From: Schmidtea polychroa | Lineage: Eukaryota | DNA: 64,000 nt | Reading direction: 5' to 3' | Assembly (NCBI GenBank): GCA_044892525.1 | Contig: CM097886.1 | Coordinates: 2,914,001 to 2,978,000 of the forward strand | Shown: piece by piece, positions 59,873-64,000 of the stretch | Position numbering within the stretch: the first letter of the stretch is position 1 | How the letters are laid out: each line of letters starts with the position of its first letter | Made by a program: the position numbers and the translations under genes | Notes under the pieces: model-generated | What the model saw: the letters and a program-made list of their open reading frames with translations, nothing else | Databases searched by the model: none | Told to the model about the DNA's origin: nothing

Positions 59873-61173
59873 TACGAATGCAATTTTTACACTTCTTTGT
59901 CGGAACGGGTAACATTACGATTTCGGATAAGTTATCTTTAATTGTGGATATAATTATCTCAAAAATTTAAACTTTGTTGTCATCTATTGGTATAATTATT
60001 TCTACCACATTCGCATGTCTTTTATAGCAACTTTTTAGATGAGAACAAAAACCATATTTAATAAATGAATTTAATGAATTTTAAAGTCTTCATTTCCCTA
60101 TTGGATATGTGTTATTATTATCATTATTATTATATGAATTAATATTATTAAATATATAATTCAGGCAAATTGATTTTAATTGATTAAATACTAATTTACA
60201 TTTTAATGTTATAAATGCAAGTAATATAACAAGTTTTGTCTTTTATTTTATTTTCGTTTCATACTTTACTAATATTGGTGTTTTTATATCTGTTCAAAAT
60301 GCTTTACAAATTTACAAAATCTTTACTTATACATTAGACAAATACTTCCAAATTGTACCATTTTGATATTATTTAATTTTTTTATACATATTAGTATTTT
60401 CGTTATATTTTCCGGAATGATGGAAATATAGTAGAAATGATATGGTAGCTTCAAATATATATATATATATATATCAAATATTTTTAAAACTTTTGGATTT
60501 TATTTATTAAAAAGCTTGACTAAGAATAAGTAAATATATCAAAAGTATCGATATATTTACTGATTCATAGTCAATCCTTTTAATAAATACAATGTCAATG
60601 GAAAAGAAATCAGTGGTGAAATTTGAAAAAAAAGTTGTTATAATTTTGGATTTTACGTAATAAAATGTAAATTCCATCAAAATATAGGTAATATTTTAAA
60701 ATTTTTGGTATTTAATATTCAAATTATTAAAAATAAATCAATAATATTTTGAAAGAATGTAATTACAAGAATAAAATTCAAATTTTGATTTTCTTCTATG
60801 GATTTAAATTAAAAGATCTCAAATCGACGAGGCAATTAGTATAAGAAAAATGGATTTGCGATGTGTTATAGAAAATAGATTAAAATAGGTTAATTTGTAA
60901 TTATTTAGTTATTAGTCAATATAAAACAAAAAAATTACTTCAACGATACCAAGGAACTGGTTCTTTAATTTCTGTAAGAAGTCAAATGGATAAACGTACC
61001 AGTCACCCCAAGCGCGAAAGCAAGAGAGCACTTTATACTAAAATTCGCAAAAAAAATCAATAACAAATCATGATTTAAAAGTCACCTTTAGTTGCTCTGA
61101 CTTAATTTTACTGGTAATTGTTAAATAATATTGATTTAGGTGCACCATAACCTGAGGCAAACTGTTTTCTATG
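57567..61173 (-). CDS. U2SURP: U2 snRNP-associated SURP motif protein (SR140), 3' part; exons 61173-61086, 61037-60939, 58587-57754, 57692-57567; 5' exons not found in the window
   Basis: IENSLPQVMVHLNQYYLTITSKIKSEQLK | YKVLSCFRAWGDWYVYPFDFLQKLKNQFLGIVE (end of CID) | DVDGVPLD...VPSKWETVD...SRWQL | KRSRRSRSRSRSSRKSHKRK*. Introns 48, 2351 and 61 nt, all in frame. Confidence 0.92.
58654..60630. repeat. Local tandem duplication inside the large U2SURP intron (units of about 875 and 1100 bp)
   Basis: gataggaagaggtggactgatttccatcgcc at 58654 and 59529; 59172-59525 repeated at 60377-60630. Confidence 0.9.
58925..59008. repeat. (TTA)n microsatellite
   Basis: Direct reading. Confidence 0.97.
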
Positions 61174-61870
61174 CTGAATTTTTAAATAATTAAATCGATT
61201 CTTAACCATATACAATGAGAAATTCAATAATATATTGAATGAAGCAGGGAAAACTATCGAGCGTGTGTTGGACAGATTAATTATGGCCATCATTTAGAAT
61301 CAACACCAATACAGCTATTGCCATTTCTCAATATCAACGATTCCCACTCAATAACCGCAAAAATCGGTTGTTGTCTCATTCTTTTACTATTCATATTTTG
61401 ATGAAATATCGATTTTAGTCACTTTATTATTAAAGCATAAATTGATAGGATTCCAAAAACATAAAAGAAAATTTCAAATAATTTCTGTTGCTAAATATCT
61501 TCAACTAATCTATTTATTAAAAATAAAATTTAAGTCATTTCTGTAGTGTTTATTCATTAAATCAAGTATTCCTTCCAAAAAAAAATTTAACTAATCTCTA
61601 CTCTTTTCTATTTAAATAGGCTCTTTTTCCCTACTTGTTTTCACTCAAAATGTTTCGAAAAACAAAAATCCTAATCAATTTTAAATACCTTAATCAAATA
61701 TGTTATCATTTTGTCAAGTTTTGTTTTTGGATGAGTTTACACTTTTTTATCCTGATAAAGGATCAGAAATTAATTCTATGCAATACAAATTTTCGGTTGT
61801 ATTTATCAGGAGTTATGATCATTACTAATGAAATAAAAAAGCGTAACCGAACATTTCTGTTACAAATTAG

Positions 61871-62441
61871 GGTTGTACGACAATCCGCCAAACGACAATT
61901 CGCCAAATCATTAATAGGCTGGCGACAATCTGCCAAAAAGTCGATAAATTTTTGTTTTAACATACATACATTTTAAATTTATTATATTTTTAAAATTTTA
62001 ATAATAAATTCTCCGCTGAAAGATAAGAATCAACTAGTAATTGTTTAATATAAAATTTTAATTAAATATTTAAACAATTTAACTGGCTGAGAGGTAAACA
62101 AGATTTTTTATCAAAATTTGTGATAATTTGACTGATTCAATGATAAATTTGAATGAGTTAATTCGTTTTATTATATATATACTCTGAGTTTATCCGACAA
62201 GATGTTTTGACCCCCTATGGGTATTGCTCACACGAGTACTACTCACACTCTACATGTCGCAATGATACTGATCATAAAGGTACTGGCATTTGATTTTAAT
62301 GCTTTTATTTGAATGATTATTTAGGCAAATTTGTTGTACAAGTACATGTGAATTAATTTTAATATGATGACCTACAAATATTTCTTTTTATAAATGTCAG
62401 CGTTGGCCAATTTTTTAGTATTGGCGGATTGTCGGAATACG
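61871..62441. mobile_element. Inverted partner of the 49402-49991 element, within a U2SURP intron
   Basis: See 49402-49991. Confidence 0.9.
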
Positions 62442-63497
62442 ACAAATTAGTTAATTTATATCTTATGTAAGAATGAAAATCAATGAAATATTTATTCTTG
62501 ATTTAATTGCTTCAGTAAATCCTGGTAGCATACAGCGATCTTTTAGAATAAATTTATTCGGAAATAAGGAATTTTGTTGGATTGGATATGTATGGTTTTC
62601 TCATAATTTGCAAGTCCTTTTCCCTAAGTTCTTTTTGTAATTTAGTTTTTAAACACTACAAAAGTGTAGATCTAAAACATATCTATTACTAATATTAATT
62701 TAAGTGAAGTAAATCATCAAAAAACATTTCAACTGTGTTATTGTTGTTGGAATGTAAAAGAAGTAAAGTAAGTCTTTTTGATAGTCTGTACTGTCCAACT
62801 TTTATGTATTCTTTAAACTTCTCTTTAACCCCCAAAGTATTTGCAAAATGTTCATGTTCATTTGCGACTCGAGGACCGACTTGTTCGAACTTAATGTCAA
62901 GCGATCGTAAAAGTTACGTGGATTTTGTTTGTTCAGTGCATATTGTTCGGTATATTTTTTTGTGTCACTGCGGATCACACTTTCAACAGTGAAATATAAC
63001 ACGTTGACCGGGTTAAGTACAGCTTTTCTCGCGTAATCCTTTTACTGTTTTGAATAATATTGTGAAAATCAATTATTATAGCTTTGATTACACGTATTTT
63101 CAGAGAATAGCAAAATACAGATAAAATTAGATTGAGGATTTTGAAGAAAATCGCTAATTGTTATTGATAGAAAATTAAATTATATGAATGAAATAGAAAT
63201 AAAATATAAGTTAAATTTCGTTGAAATATCTGAAATAAACTGAATCCTAATTGATTTAAATAATTACATGATTGAACTAATGAAATGAATTTGTTTCGGT
63301 TTTTCATTCATTTCTACAATCAATATCTCGGACGAAACCAGTAATCAATATATTTATTAATACACAATATTTATTTATTGATAAAAGGATGAAATTTATT
63401 CAGCTTAACCCTCCTGGGATATTTTATATCCCAAATTATTTCTATGTCATCTTTATCCCAAATTCAATGTAATATGTGTGTTCCAGTAGTTTATGGC

Positions 63498-64000
63498 AGG
63501 GATGCTCAAACTGTTTTAAATAGGGACCCACTAGCCAGAAACCAGAAACTTGGCGACCCAATACAAAATTTTGTCCTTCTTTTGCAATCAACTTTATATT
63601 TACCAACTCCGACTAAAATATTTTCCCATTAAACGTATTTTAATTCTTTCAAAATTTTGCTAACAAAGTTTATTATTAAAGATAATTATTACAATTAATT
63701 ATTCGAAATAAAAGAATAAATTTAAAAAACACAGTTGCATTCTCGAATAAATCTAGCATATTAATGAGATGGGTGAGCTTGCATATTGCCGACTAGCTTA
63801 TCTATGCGTGGTTTTATTTTTGACAAACAGAGTCGCAAATCATTAGATACATTGAGACGGTTACTGTATTTTGTTTTTATAGCAGTCATAGCAGAAAATC
63901 CTGATTCGCATAGATATGCTGTCGTAAATGGCAACAACACGTTTACTGCTCTTTCACACAGCCCAGTATATTATTTTGAAGTATCCTCACGACCCACCTG
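63498..64000 (-). mobile_element. hAT Buster/ZBED5-type transposon 3' end
   Basis: RAVNVLLPFTTAYLCESGFSAMTAIKTKYSNRLNV...QAHPSH* and terminus cagggatgctcaaact at 63498. Confidence 0.9.

Noticed and set aside
61108-61293. 61-aa minus-strand ORF
   Set aside because: Overlaps the real U2SURP exon 61173-61086 in a different frame.
62735-63002. Upstream U2SURP exon
   Set aside because: No frame matches the expected SURP/CID sequence; probably transposon debris.
1-64000. tRNA or rRNA genes
   Set aside because: No cloverleaf, T-loop or rRNA signature found by eye; tRNAscan-SE would be decisive.

Overview
AT-rich eukaryotic (animal-type) genomic DNA with GT-AG introns that are either tiny (39-61 nt) or kilobase-sized and filled with decayed transposons. 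The species cannot be determined from the sequence. Genes found: three intronless TCAF/FAM115-like M60 metallopeptidase ORFs, each directly downstream of a same-strand five-exon module (signal peptide, kringle, kringle, two-exon linker); two intronless CaMKI-like kinases; a six-exon RMDN (FAM82/PTPIP51-like) gene; and the 3' four exons of U2SURP (SR140). The rest is transposon debris (Ty3/gypsy, hAT, pogo, Merlin, Zator-like, Penelope-like, MITEs) and AAT microsatellites. Main hypothesis: in all three copies the last kringle-module exon ends at a phase-0 donor and the M60 ATG is immediately preceded by a TTTAG acceptor. Each unit may therefore be one gene encoding a secreted kringle-kringle-linker-M60 protease of about 1070 aa. 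Copies 1 and 2 have near-identical kringle exons but unrelated intron interiors and hypervariable patches in the peptidase. Minimal hammerhead-ribozyme motifs sit in introns; the intact ones are antisense to the host gene and the sense ones are broken. All assignments are by eye from motifs and hand translation; no database search was run.
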